This document shows positions 10,184-21,524 of a DNA stretch of 64,000 nt, piece by piece (position 1 is the stretch's first letter; each line of letters opens with the position of its first letter). The translations under genes and the position numbers were made by a program. Below the pieces are notes generated by a model that saw only the letters and a program-made list of their open reading frames with translations, did no database searches and was not told the origin of the DNA. The stretch is taken from positions 4,179 through 68,178 of the forward strand of contig JAUYKW010000025.1 of assembly GCA_030698395.1 (NCBI GenBank), given 5' to 3'. Source of the stretch: a bacterium. Its GTDB lineage: Bacteria; Patescibacteriota; Patescibacteriia; UBA9570.

Positions 10184-10642
10184 ATGTCCAATCGTCACTT
10201 AGCACGCACAATTGCACTTCAAAGCTTGTACGAATGGGATTTCACAGATCAACAACACGTTGCTCTTGAATTAGTAAAGCGTAATCAGGGTGATTTTGCT
10301 CCTGAATTTGATGATCAAAAATTCGCTGAAAATTTGGTAGAAAAAGTTATCGAGAATCTTAGTGCACTAAACGAATATATCGCAAAATACGCTCCAGAAT
10401 GGCCATTAGACCAAATTACAACAGTAGATAGGAATGTATTACGAATCGGCATATATGAACTTATCTTCGATGAAAATATTCCTCCGAAAGTTGCGATTAA
10501 CGAATCAATTGAACTTGCAAAAACTTTTGGTGGGCCATCCAGTGGAAAATTCGTAAACGGTGTGCTTGGTAGCATTTTTAAAGACATCGAAAAAGATATT
10601 GATAACAAAAAATCTAAGAAAGAAAGTGATAAACATGAATAA
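10184..10642 (+). CDS. nusB: Transcription antitermination factor NusB
   Basis: [43 protein letters not shown]. Confidence 0.97.
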   Translation: MSNRHLARTIALQSLYEWDFTDQQHVALELVKRNQGDFAPEFDDQKFAENLVEKVIENLSALNEYIAKYAPEWPLDQITTVDRNVLRIGIYELIFDENIPPKVAINESIELAKTFGGPSSGKFVNGVLGSIFKDIEKDIDNKKSKKESDKHE

Positions 10643-11345
10643 AGTAGCAGACTATCATAAAGATTTTAGTGCTTTAGAAAAAAAACTTGGAATCAAATTC
10701 AAAAATCTAGACCTTATCACTCAGGCATTTGTTCATCGTTCTTATTTAAACGAAAATAGAAATTTTCCAACCGGACATAACGAACGACTAGAATTTTTAG
10801 GAGATGCAGTTTTAGAACTAGTTGTTACAAAATATCTATTTGATCATTATGATAATCCAGAAGGTGAGCTAACTAATTGGCGAGCTAGTTTAGTTAACTC
10901 CCATATGTTATCAACATTGTCTATTGAATTAGAGGTTGAACAATATCTCTATTTATCTCGAGGTGAACAAAAAGATAGCACTGGAAAAGCTAGGGCTAAA
11001 ATTTTAGCAAATTCATTTGAATCTTTAATTGGTGCTATTTACCAAGAAAATGGCTATGAAGCCTGCGATAAAATTATCACGAATTTATTACTTAGCAAGC
11101 TAGATCATATTCTAGAAAATAAACTTTATTTAGATCCAAAAACATACTTCCAAGAAATTTCTCAAGAAAAGGTATCTATTACTCCTACATATAAAGTAGT
11201 TCATGAAGAAGGCCCTGATCATGATAAACAATTTACAGTTGCTGTATTTCTAGGACAAGAAAAAATAGCAGAAGGCTATGGATCATCAAAACAAGAAGGG
11301 CAGGTGAATGCCGCAACAAAAGCAATTGAAACAAAAGGCTGGTAA
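10635..11345 (+). CDS. rnc: Ribonuclease III
   Basis: [12 protein letters not shown] signature plus C-terminal dsRBD; ATG at 10635 overlaps the end of nusB. Confidence 0.98.
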   Translation: MNKVADYHKDFSALEKKLGIKFKNLDLITQAFVHRSYLNENRNFPTGHNERLEFLGDAVLELVVTKYLFDHYDNPEGELTNWRASLVNSHMLSTLSIELEVEQYLYLSRGEQKDSTGKARAKILANSFESLIGAIYQENGYEACDKIITNLLLSKLDHILENKLYLDPKTYFQEISQEKVSITPTYKVVHEEGPDHDKQFTVAVFLGQEKIAEGYGSSKQEGQVNAATKAIETKGW

Positions 11346-14044
11346 TGTATTTGGATAAGATTGTAATTAACGGTTTTAAATCTTTCGCAGAATCAACTGA
11401 GTTCAAATTTAGGCACCCTTTTGTAGCCATCGTAGGACCCAATGGTTCTGGAAAAACAAATGTTGCCGATGCTATGAGATGGGTTATGGGAGAACAGGCT
11501 CTTAAGCTAATTCGCATAAAAAAATCAACAGATGCAATATTTGCTGGATCCACAAACCGTGGTCGTCTAGGAATGGCTCAAGTTGATTTACATCTCAGCA
11601 ATCATGATGGACGCCTAAATATAGATTATCCAGAAGTTGTTATTACTCGACGCATCACCCGAGATGGTGAAACTGAATACTTCATCAACAAAAATAAATC
11701 TCGTTTACAAGACATCCTAATGTTGCTAGCTCAAGCAAACTTCGGCCAAAAAAGTTATGGTGTAATTGGGCAAGGCATGATTACAGATATTCTAAATGCA
11801 AACCCACAAGATAGAAAAGAATTTTTCGATGAAGCAACTGGCGTAAAAGAATTCCAGATGAAACGCGATCAATCAATAAATAAATTAATTCGTACAGAAC
11901 AAAACTTAGTGCGGGTTGAGGATTTATTGAATGAAATAGAACCAAGACTAAATTCTCTAATTCGACAAGTAAAAAAATTAGAAAAACGCAAAGAGGTTGA
12001 AGAAAAATTATCTATCATCCATATTCAGTATTATGGTTCATCTTTAGTAAACATAAATACTCAGCTGAAAGAATTATCAGATAGATTTACAGACGTCCAA
12101 TCTCAAAAAGAAATTACCAAAAATAAATTATCAGTAATCGAAGAAGAAATTGACATCATTGGCAAAGAAGAATCTCGCACTGAATTATATCAACGCATTC
12201 AAAATGAATATAGTGATATTATTGCTCAAAAAAATGAACTACTAAAGCAACAAGCTGTGTTAAAAGGTCGTTTAGAAGTAGAACATGAACGCACTGGAGA
12301 AATTGACTTGCTATGGATGCAGAGAAGAGCAGATGAGATTGTATCGCGGATAGATTCTACAAATACAGAGATTACTACTCTAGAACAATCAATTCAACAT
12401 CAAGAAGGACAACTTGAAAAAGTATACAAATCTCAAACAGAAATTGATGAAAGCTTTAAAGAGCTAGAAGATAAAATTGATGCTGCCCAAAAAGAATTAA
12501 CTAAGATGTCCGAAATATTATCTGTGCCCGAAATTAAACACCGTCTTGATGAATTATTTTCTGATCAAGAACAATTCCTGCGAGATATGCTAAGAACGTC
12601 ATCTTTAGATGAATTTAAGCAAATAAAAGAACAAGCAAAAGTAATTACCACTAAACTAGCTGAATTACTCGATGAATTACATGAGGAACGAGATGACGAA
12701 TTAACCCTCAAACAAAAAGAAATCAATTCAATTCAAGAAAGATTACAAAGCACTACACAACTAAAAGAAAAACTATTTGTTGATAGCACCGAATTAGTAG
12801 TAGCAATAAAGTCAAAACAAGAAAAGATTAGTCTCTTACAACAAAACTCAGCATCACTGACAAAAGAAAAAAATAGTATTACAAATGATATTAAACAAAA
12901 ACAAAATAACGCAACTACAAAAGAAAAAAGCTCAGCTCAATTAAAAGCTATCCAAAAGGAAGTTGCATCATTCGAAAAACAATTATCCGGTATTGAAGAA
13001 AAGCTAGCACTAAAAAAAGCATCACTAGACCAATTTAATCAATCAGAAGAAGTTAAAAAAAGACGATTACTTGAATTACAAACTGATGCTAGAAAAATTC
13101 AAATTGAATTAAACCAAATCACAAATAAAGCTCAGTCCATAGAAATTGAGGTGGTTAAATTGCAGACCAAAAAAGAAGATGTAAAAGAGGAAATCAGCCG
13201 AGAAGTATCAGCAGTCACTCAGCAAAAAATAGAGAAGTGGCAAGAAGTAAGACAAGATCAAGATCAATTACTAATTCAAATTGAACGATATAAACATCAA
13301 TTAGAACTAATTGGTGGTATAGATCCAGATATTGTTGTTGAACATGATAATACAAAAAATAGATTTGAATTTTTAAAAAAACAATCAACTGATCTCCGTA
13401 ATACTATTGATTCTCTAGAAGATATAATTGATGAACTTGATACAACAATAAAAATACAATTCAATAAATCATTCAAAGCCATAGCAACAAGTTTTAATAA
13501 ATATTTCAAATTAATTTTTGAAGGTGGTGAAGCAAAATTAAATATTGTAACTGAATCTGATCTTGAAAAAGAAAAATCGGAAGAAACACCAATCAATCCT
13601 ACTGATATTACCAATCCAGAAGAAACCCAAGAAGACCCAATAATTGAATCACTTGGCAAACGTAAGAAAAAACAACGCGTAATTACCGGCATTGATATAA
13701 TTGCCCAGCCAAAAGATAAAAAACTTCAATCAGTTCACGCACTATCTGGTGGAGAGAAATCCATGACTGCCATCGCATTGATTTGTGCAATCATCGATGC
13801 AAATACACCTCCCTTCGTTGTATTAGATGAAGTTGAAGCTGCCTTAGATGAATCAAATTCAGAAAAATTTTCAACAATCATAAAACATCTTTCGAAAAAA
13901 ACTCAATTCATTATTATTACCCATAATCGAGCAACCATGAATAAGGCAGATGTATTATTTGGCGTCACCATGGCCAAAGATGGCACTAGTCATATTCTTT
14001 CAGTTAAAATGACTGAGGCTGAAGAAATGCTTGATAAAGAATAA
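11345..14044 (+). CDS. smc: SMC-family chromosome segregation ATPase (short, 899 aa)
   Basis: GFKSF, Walker A GPNGSGKT, long coiled coils, LSGGE signature, LDEVEAALD, QFIIITH. Confidence 0.88.
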   Translation: MYLDKIVINGFKSFAESTEFKFRHPFVAIVGPNGSGKTNVADAMRWVMGEQALKLIRIKKSTDAIFAGSTNRGRLGMAQVDLHLSNHDGRLNIDYPEVVITRRITRDGETEYFINKNKSRLQDILMLLAQANFGQKSYGVIGQGMITDILNANPQDRKEFFDEATGVKEFQMKRDQSINKLIRTEQNLVRVEDLLNEIEPRLNSLIRQVKKLEKRKEVEEKLSIIHIQYYGSSLVNINTQLKELSDRFTDVQSQKEITKNKLSVIEEEIDIIGKEESRTELYQRIQNEYSDIIAQKNELLKQQAVLKGRLEVEHERTGEIDLLWMQRRADEIVSRIDSTNTEITTLEQSIQHQEGQLEKVYKSQTEIDESFKELEDKIDAAQKELTKMSEILSVPEIKHRLDELFSDQEQFLRDMLRTSSLDEFKQIKEQAKVITTKLAELLDELHEERDDELTLKQKEINSIQERLQSTTQLKEKLFVDSTELVVAIKSKQEKISLLQQNSASLTKEKNSITNDIKQKQNNATTKEKSSAQLKAIQKEVASFEKQLSGIEEKLALKKASLDQFNQSEEVKKRRLLELQTDARKIQIELNQITNKAQSIEIEVVKLQTKKEDVKEEISREVSAVTQQKIEKWQEVRQDQDQLLIQIERYKHQLELIGGIDPDIVVEHDNTKNRFEFLKKQSTDLRNTIDSLEDIIDELDTTIKIQFNKSFKAIATSFNKYFKLIFEGGEAKLNIVTESDLEKEKSEETPINPTDITNPEETQEDPIIESLGKRKKKQRVITGIDIIAQPKDKKLQSVHALSGGEKSMTAIALICAIIDANTPPFVVLDEVEAALDESNSEKFSTIIKHLSKKTQFIIITHNRATMNKADVLFGVTMAKDGTSHILSVKMTEAEEMLDKE

Positions 14045-14052
14045 GTAGCAGC

Positions 14053-14820
14053 CTAAACCACGTCAGGCGTAGACTTCTTAGGATCGCTTTTATGCGATTC
14101 TTTTTTATGCGATGGTTTTTGCAACAAAGTATATAACAACATAGTAAATACTGTGGTAAAGCTACTGAAAACCACGCTAATAACCATGCCTAAAGCTACA
14201 AACCCAAAAACATCTGGTAGAGATGTAATAATTAGTAAGGATATTGCACCTACTATCAGCTGAGTTAAAACTAAATAAGAAAAAACTGTCCACCAATTTT
14301 CTCGGACAACTTTCCAACTTTTTTTCATTGCCTGAAGTGGCGTGGCATTTTCCCAAACAAGAATAGGTAATACAAATGCAAACATAATAGAAAATATAAT
14401 TCCCGGAATAAAAAATAAACCATATCCAATCAAAACAATGATATTTGTAATCAGCACAACAACCATTGCTTTGGGATAAAATGGTAAGGCCTCAGACAAC
14501 AAATGTTTAATTGTAGCTTTTTTATTAAAGTAAGCATGTTTCATTGTTATCAAGATAGCCACAGCTGCATATATAATCACTATTTCACCCACTAGCTGAA
14601 TACCTAAATTTAATAAATATGCAGGCTCCATAACTAAAGCAAAGACTTCATTTAAGCTAGATAATTGACTTTTAAATAGTTCTCTTGGTGTTGTCCAATC
14701 AACTAAAAGATAAACTGGGATAGCAACTACTAAATTAGCTAATAATACTACCTCAAAAAGGTTTAAATATTGCCTCCACGCTAGTCGCAGAAGGATAGAA
14801 TAAGTAGGAATTGGCTTCAT
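14053..14820 (-). CDS. Multi-pass membrane protein of unknown function
   Basis: About 6 hydrophobic helices; LFFIPGIIF and AMKKSWKVVR motifs typical of YciC-like membrane proteins. Confidence 0.75.
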   Translation of the reverse strand: MKPIPTYSILLRLAWRQYLNLFEVVLLANLVVAIPVYLLVDWTTPRELFKSQLSSLNEVFALVMEPAYLLNLGIQLVGEIVIIYAAVAILITMKHAYFNKKATIKHLLSEALPFYPKAMVVVLITNIIVLIGYGLFFIPGIIFSIMFAFVLPILVWENATPLQAMKKSWKVVRENWWTVFSYLVLTQLIVGAISLLIITSLPDVFGFVALGMVISVVFSSFTTVFTMLLYTLLQKPSHKKESHKSDPKKSTPDVV

Positions 14821-14933
14821 ATAGCTAATAGTATAACTTATTGACAGCAAATAGCATATTGGCTATGATTGCTGAGCTATCGCTAAATACTCAAATATAG
14901 CAACCTAGATTAATCTAAAATAATTGAAAAGCA

Positions 14934-15308
14934 ATGTTAACTATTCGTTTAGCACGTAAAGGTAGAAAAAAGAGACCAACCTACCGTATCGTATTACAAG
15001 AGAGAGAATGGGCACCATCTTCTAAAGTAATTGAAAATCTTGGTCATATGAATCCTCATACAGACCCCTCCACTGTAGTACTTGAAGAAGAAAGAATTAA
15101 ATACTGGATAGATCAAGGCGCTCAAACATCAAGTACTGTTCATAACATACTTGTAACTGCCGGAGTAATTACTGAACCAAAAAGAAGATCTGTTTTTGGT
15201 AAGAAAAAAGGTGGTGAAGAGAATTCAGAAGAAGCTACTAAAGAAAAACCTGCTGAAGAACCTAAAAAAGAGGAAGAAAAGGCCGAAACTGAAGCCACGG
15301 CATCTTAG
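14934..15308 (+). CDS. rpsP: 30S ribosomal protein S16
   Basis: MLTIRLAR.GRKKRPTYRIV, YWIDQGAQ.S.TV. Confidence 0.97.
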   Translation: MLTIRLARKGRKKRPTYRIVLQEREWAPSSKVIENLGHMNPHTDPSTVVLEEERIKYWIDQGAQTSSTVHNILVTAGVITEPKRRSVFGKKKGGEENSEEATKEKPAEEPKKEEEKAETEATAS

Positions 15309-15380
15309 AGTATTGACCAAACAAGTGCTCTAATATAAAATTATTAGTACATTGCAAATTAATAAGTTAATGCAACAGAT

Positions 15381-15725
15381 ATGGAAAAAGATCAAGAATT
15401 TGTTGAGTACGTTGTAAAAGCGCTGGTTGATAAACCAGAAGCTGTTACATCAGAGCGAACAGTCGACGAAATGGGTGTGTTAATCACACTTAAAGTTGAT
15501 TCAGCTGATCTCGGACAAGTTATTGGAAGACAAGGGCAAACTGCCAAGTCTATCCGTACACTTCTACGAGTAGTCGGAGCTAAGAATCACGCTCGAGTAA
15601 ACCTCAAGATCTACGAACCAGAAAAAATGGGTGGTCAACCAAGAGGTGGATCATCAACACCAACTACTTCTGCACCTGCAGCAGAAGAAGAAGTTGACAT
15701 CAGCGCAGTTGATCTCGACTTATAA
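15381..15725 (+). CDS. khpA: KH-domain RNA-binding protein KhpA
   Basis: ALVDKPE, DLGQVIGRQGQTAKSIRTLL; usual position after rpsP. Confidence 0.93.
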   Translation: MEKDQEFVEYVVKALVDKPEAVTSERTVDEMGVLITLKVDSADLGQVIGRQGQTAKSIRTLLRVVGAKNHARVNLKIYEPEKMGGQPRGGSSTPTTSAPAAEEEVDISAVDLDL

Positions 15726-15742
15726 ATCTAGATAAAAAAAGA

Positions 15743-15774
15743 AAAAGCCCTGCTTAATAAAGTAGGGTTTTTTT
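15743..15774 (+). terminator. Intrinsic terminator after khpA
   Basis: GCCCTGCTT..AAGTAGGGT followed by a T run. Confidence 0.7.
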
Positions 15775-15901
15775 GATTAAACTTTATTATTGCATATACA
15801 CATACTATTTGGCTAAAATTAGCCATTTTTTTTGTATATAATCAACTTTTACCATTGACAAAATAGCCTTTTTCCGATAGTCTGTTCGGTCGGTGTTTTA
15901 A

Positions 15902-16537
15902 ATGCGCCGTTTTTATTTTCCAAAAATAATGAAAAAAATCATATTACCAATATACAGATTAGCTCTGTTCTCTCGCTTAATGCCAGCCAAGCTACCCCGT
16001 ATTGATATCTATAAATTATTTACACAATTATTAATTGGCATCCTTCTAATTGGTAGTATGAGTCCAGCTTTATACGCTCAAGAAACCACACCTCTTAATA
16101 CATCAGAGCCAACAACTAAAACTTCTGGATCATATCTATCACAAAATGGATATGTAGATGGACGAATTACAAATATACAGTTAGGAACTCGATATTGGGT
16201 ATCATCTACTCATCGCCTTAGTCGTGGATTTACGAGCGGTCATAAAGCACTTGATGTAGATGGTGAATTTCATGATCCTATTTATGCTATGACAGATGGT
16301 GAAGTTATTGAAATCACTACTAGTGGACCTTATGGTAATAAGATAGTAATTGCTCACCCCGGAAATACAACTACCCTCTATGCTCATCTTCAAACTATTG
16401 ATGTTGTAAATGATCAAACTATATCTGGTGGGCAATTCATTGGCACCATGGGCAGCACTGGTCGATCCACTGGTTCACACTTGCACTTTGAAGTTCGTGA
16501 TAACGGTCAACTAATTGATCCAGCAACTTTGTTTTAA
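15902..16537 (+). CDS. M23 family peptidase with N-terminal membrane anchor (start may be 15929)
   Basis: HKALDVD, YGNKIVIAH, TLYAHL, MGSTGRSTGSHLHFEV. Confidence 0.92.
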   Translation: MRRFYFPKIMKKIILPIYRLALFSRLMPAKLPRIDIYKLFTQLLIGILLIGSMSPALYAQETTPLNTSEPTTKTSGSYLSQNGYVDGRITNIQLGTRYWVSSTHRLSRGFTSGHKALDVDGEFHDPIYAMTDGEVIEITTSGPYGNKIVIAHPGNTTTLYAHLQTIDVVNDQTISGGQFIGTMGSTGRSTGSHLHFEVRDNGQLIDPATLF

Positions 16538-16544
16538 TATAATA

Positions 16545-16635
16545 AATATAGGAACATAGTGTGTTGCATCCCTATATTTTTGTTTGACATCAATTATAAT
16601 ACGTAGAGACAGGTCGCGACCTGTCTCTACGTATT
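16545..16635. repeat. GTAG-type REP-like palindromes, including a perfect 38-bp palindrome at 16598-16635
   Basis: AATACGTAGAGACAGGTCGCGACCTGTCTCTACGTATT plus a degenerate copy at 16545-16578. Confidence 0.85.
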
Positions 16636-16682
16636 TTTTTAATCATTGACATTGTCACAACACTTGTGCCAATCTAATCAAT

Positions 16683-17348
16683 ATGAGATTTGATATATTA
16701 ACAATTTTTCCAAATATACTAGACTCCTATATTAAAGAGTCCATCCTTAAAATTGCGCAAGCAAAAGAAAAGATAAAAATTAATACATACGACATTCGAG
16801 AATTTACCAAAGATAAACATAAAAAAATTGACGACACTCCTTATGGTGGAGGACCCGGAATGGTGATGATGGTACAGCCAATTTATGATTGTCTGAAAAG
16901 TATTCCTCGCATGGAAAGATCTCGCATTATTATGTTAGATCCCGCTGGCCCAGAATACACTCAAAAAACAGCTGCTTCCTATAGCAAAGTATTCGACCAA
17001 ATAATTCTAATCTGTGGGCGTTATGAAGGTTTTGATGATCGTGTTCACAAACTAGTAGATGAACGATTATCTATTGGTAAATACATTCTTAGTGGTGGCG
17101 AACTACCAGCTCTAATTATCGTAGAATCTGTCACCAGATTACTGCCCGGAGTTCTAGGCGATGCTGAATCAATAGTTGAAGAAACATACTCGGAAAATCT
17201 TGATTACGTAGAATATCCACAATATACTCGTCCTGCAACATTTAAAACAGATGGGGGCAAGGAATGGAACGTACCCAATGTCTTACAATCAGGTGATCAT
17301 GGAAAAATTGATAAATGGCGCGAAGAAAATCATAGAAAAAATGATTAA
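16683..17348 (+). CDS. trmD: tRNA (guanine-N1)-methyltransferase
   Basis: MRFDILTIFP, DDTPYGGGPGMV, CGRYEGFD, SIG.YILSGGE, EYPQYTRP. Confidence 0.98.
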   Translation: MRFDILTIFPNILDSYIKESILKIAQAKEKIKINTYDIREFTKDKHKKIDDTPYGGGPGMVMMVQPIYDCLKSIPRMERSRIIMLDPAGPEYTQKTAASYSKVFDQIILICGRYEGFDDRVHKLVDERLSIGKYILSGGELPALIIVESVTRLLPGVLGDAESIVEETYSENLDYVEYPQYTRPATFKTDGGKEWNVPNVLQSGDHGKIDKWREENHRKND

Positions 17349-17365
17349 AATTTGTGTAAATATAT

Positions 17366-17401
17366 AATAGTAGGGTCATGCCCTGGTATGACCCTACTAT
17401 T
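17366..17401. repeat. GTAG-type palindrome, possibly a bidirectional terminator
   Basis: AATAGTAGGGTCATGCC..GGTATGACCCTACTATT between convergent genes. Confidence 0.75.
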
Positions 17402-17410
17402 TATCGAATA

Positions 17411-18583
17411 TTAAATTCCTAATTGTCTCTTCTTAGCGGCAACGGCTTGTTCTAATATTCCTAAAGTTAATCTATCACCTACATTCTGTACCCGCCGGGC
17501 AGGATGAAAAAATTGTTGCAAATCATCTGCTGTCATGTGATAACGGTCGAACCATTCTGGATTTTTCGCCAATATATTTATTAACGTTTCCTGATAAGTA
17601 TGAATCTGCTTCGGAATAATGATTGTTTTTCCATGAATATTTACCGACCTCTTATGCTGTAGCCCTTTTCCTGCGCGACCGATTTTTTTTATCTCTGGAT
17701 GATACTGAATCGCCCAACAAGTTTCTCCAGCTTTATACGCCACCACTTCATTGGTTAAACGATCTCTGGCTAATATTTGAATGTTTTTTGCCGGCCGATC
17801 TTTAATTAAATCTGCACCGTATATACGATAATGATTAAAAGACTCCACTGCAAAAGCTGGCGCTAGCTCGGAAAAAACCTCATCTCGTTTTCCTAAATCT
17901 GTAAGATCTACCACCTGAGTACCTACATGAAACATTCCTTCTTGCGGAGGTGGCACATGCTGACCCCGTTTAATGCCTATACACAAAACCTGATCAGCGA
18001 TAACTTGATAACTCATACAAACAGCTAGAACATATATCTCTTGCTGTAATACCCTACTCATAAATTGGGCAATCGGCCTATAAAACGGTTCATCAGATCT
18101 TCCTTCCCCACCACTCATGATAATTAAAACCTTCTTATCCAGATCTGAGTTCATTAACTTCTGATCATCTGCTGTCATTACACCATTGTTTGATATATAT
18201 ACTCGTGGCCATGGATAATCTTTCCAATTTTGTTTCGATCCAGACAAGCCAATTACCTCTACAAAATTATCTTTTCTAATCTTAGGATGAATTGATTTTG
18301 TTAAAGCTTCACTCGTTCGTAAGGATCTACCATAAATTCTAATCTCACCTCCAGTAGATTTTTGCTTTAATCTGATTTCTCGTAAATCATCTAATATTTT
18401 TTGAACGCGTTTTAAATCTGCTTCATGTTCTGCGTCGTCTGCTTTATTACAAATAGATTTAAAATCATCAACCGTAAGATAAAGATGTTTATCTCTACCA
18501 TATTCACTAAATACTGCTGGAAATTTTTCTTGATATTGAGTTGCCATAAATAAATATGTTGTTGGACCCTTTCTGGCCATCAA
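17411..18583 (-). CDS. Class I glutamine amidotransferase-like protein with N-terminal extension
   Basis: IIMSGG, nucleophile elbow LAVCMSYQ, QYHPE catalytic His-x-Glu. Confidence 0.72.
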   Translation of the reverse strand: MMARKGPTTYLFMATQYQEKFPAVFSEYGRDKHLYLTVDDFKSICNKADDAEHEADLKRVQKILDDLREIRLKQKSTGGEIRIYGRSLRTSEALTKSIHPKIRKDNFVEVIGLSGSKQNWKDYPWPRVYISNNGVMTADDQKLMNSDLDKKVLIIMSGGEGRSDEPFYRPIAQFMSRVLQQEIYVLAVCMSYQVIADQVLCIGIKRGQHVPPPQEGMFHVGTQVVDLTDLGKRDEVFSELAPAFAVESFNHYRIYGADLIKDRPAKNIQILARDRLTNEVVAYKAGETCWAIQYHPEIKKIGRAGKGLQHKRSVNIHGKTIIIPKQIHTYQETLINILAKNPEWFDRYHMTADDLQQFFHPARRVQNVGDRLTLGILEQAVAAKKRQLGI

Positions 18584-18782
18584 TCACCTCGTCAAAATCA
18601 CTCTGAAATGAATGTTATTCTTTTTTCTCCCAGTTTCATTGAAACAAAAGTAATTCGAAAGTTATGTTAGCAATATATTTTATATATGACAAACAAAATA
18701 AACCCTATATTTATTGATGATTTATTAATTTTTACCAACATCTTACTTGTGGACAGCTTGTGTACCGACAAAAACCCCTTCC

Positions 18783-18811
18783 TTGACACATATATGAGCA
18801 TTCTGTAGAAT
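18783..18811 (+). promoter_or_regulatory. Sigma70 promoter of the 16S rRNA transcript
   Basis: TTGACA-17 nt-TAGAAT about 300 nt upstream of 16S. Confidence 0.75.
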
Positions 18812-19108
18812 ATGAAAGCTCAAATATTGGGAAAAATTGACAATCTAAACCCCAAAAAAACACTGAGATCGACATCGTTGCTGATGTAAAGGAGTCGGTC
18901 TCAGGATTTTTATTTCGCAAGATTGAAATTGCATCCCTGTGAACTTTTACAACTGAATCGTGATAAGGATTCACCACGGCTCTATGGTTCAATTGAAGGA
19001 ACTATCAGAGTCCGTAATCCAACAATTCTTCTAACAAAAAAAATCCGGATAGTTAAACACTATCCAAAACACAACCAGCTCCCGATGCTACTTTGTAGCA
19101 AAGGGATC

Positions 19109-20597
<1,489 letters not shown>

Positions 20598-20712
20598 TAA
20601 GGAGTATTACGGTGTACAAATCCTGATTTATTTCAGGAAACACTAGTCGTTCGTTCAGTTTGATCTTCAAACTGTTCGAAGGTGAATTCCTTATCACAAT
20701 TCAGTCGTAAAT

Positions 20713-20743
20713 AAAAAAATCTCGGGTCAAACCGAGATTTTTT
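20713..20743. terminator. Bidirectional intrinsic terminator after 16S
   Basis: AAAAAAATCTCGG-gtcaaa-CCGAGATTTTTT. Confidence 0.8.
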
Positions 20744-20754
20744 ATTATCTATAT

Positions 20755-21501
20755 TTAGATTAAACTCTCTGCTAGAGTGCGAAAATAGCGTCGCTTAAAA
20801 TTACTCCTATATTTTCTTGAATATACTGATCGTACCTTTAACTTATACCTACTATCCCCCTTTAAACCAGTTATTGTAACTCCCGTTTTATCTTTACGTA
20901 ATCCTTTTTTTACATTCTTCGAAAACACAACTTTATTCTTCTTCTTTACCACAACTTTATAATGGGTTAGCAAGCGACTTCTTTTTACATTCTTCCACGA
21001 TGCATAAACTGAATTAGTTTTTTTGTTACTTACATTAATTTCATTCGGACGTTTTGGAGAAGTTCGAAATGATTTATAGAGAGACCAACTTGTTGTTTCA
21101 CCATCTGTAGCTACAGCTCTCACTTTAAATTTATAAGATCTATTTCTTTGCAAATCCTGAATTGATATACGTTTTCGTTCTGTTGTAATTCCTGTCCACT
21201 CCTGAACTAACGCTCCATTTATCCGGCGCAATTGGACTTCATAATAATCTAATTGATCACCTGATTCACAGCCTGTAAAACTAGTTTGATTCCAGCGCAA
21301 GGCAATTTTGTTCTTTAAGTTTGATTTTGTTAAACGCTTTGCATTTAATCCTGATACGTCATTTGCAGTACATGCTACATAACCATATCCATAGCCAGCA
21401 TAAACACCATATGAACCAAATATAACAGGTGCGAGCATTAAGGATAATACCACAACTACTAGTGATAAAATACTGATATTCTTTTTCTGCTCTTCTCTCA
21501 T
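20755..21501 (-). CDS. Secreted fibronectin type III domain protein (basic)
   Basis: Signal/TM segment, GYGYGY linker, two FN3-like units (L.W..., Y.FKVRAV, TSWS; L.GDSRYKLKVRS). Confidence 0.8.
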   Translation of the reverse strand: MREEQKKNISILSLVVVVLSLMLAPVIFGSYGVYAGYGYGYVACTANDVSGLNAKRLTKSNLKNKIALRWNQTSFTGCESGDQLDYYEVQLRRINGALVQEWTGITTERKRISIQDLQRNRSYKFKVRAVATDGETTSWSLYKSFRTSPKRPNEINVSNKKTNSVYASWKNVKRSRLLTHYKVVVKKKNKVVFSKNVKKGLRKDKTGVTITGLKGDSRYKLKVRSVYSRKYRSNFKRRYFRTLAESLI

Positions 21502-21524
21502 AACATAACTAGCCTACCAAATTA

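Noticed and set aside
746-13692. Numerous short antisense or alternate-frame ORFs inside ftsH, rpsA, gyrA, nusB and smc (and likewise in the his operon)
   Set aside because: They lie wholly within well-supported genes and show no recognisable motifs.
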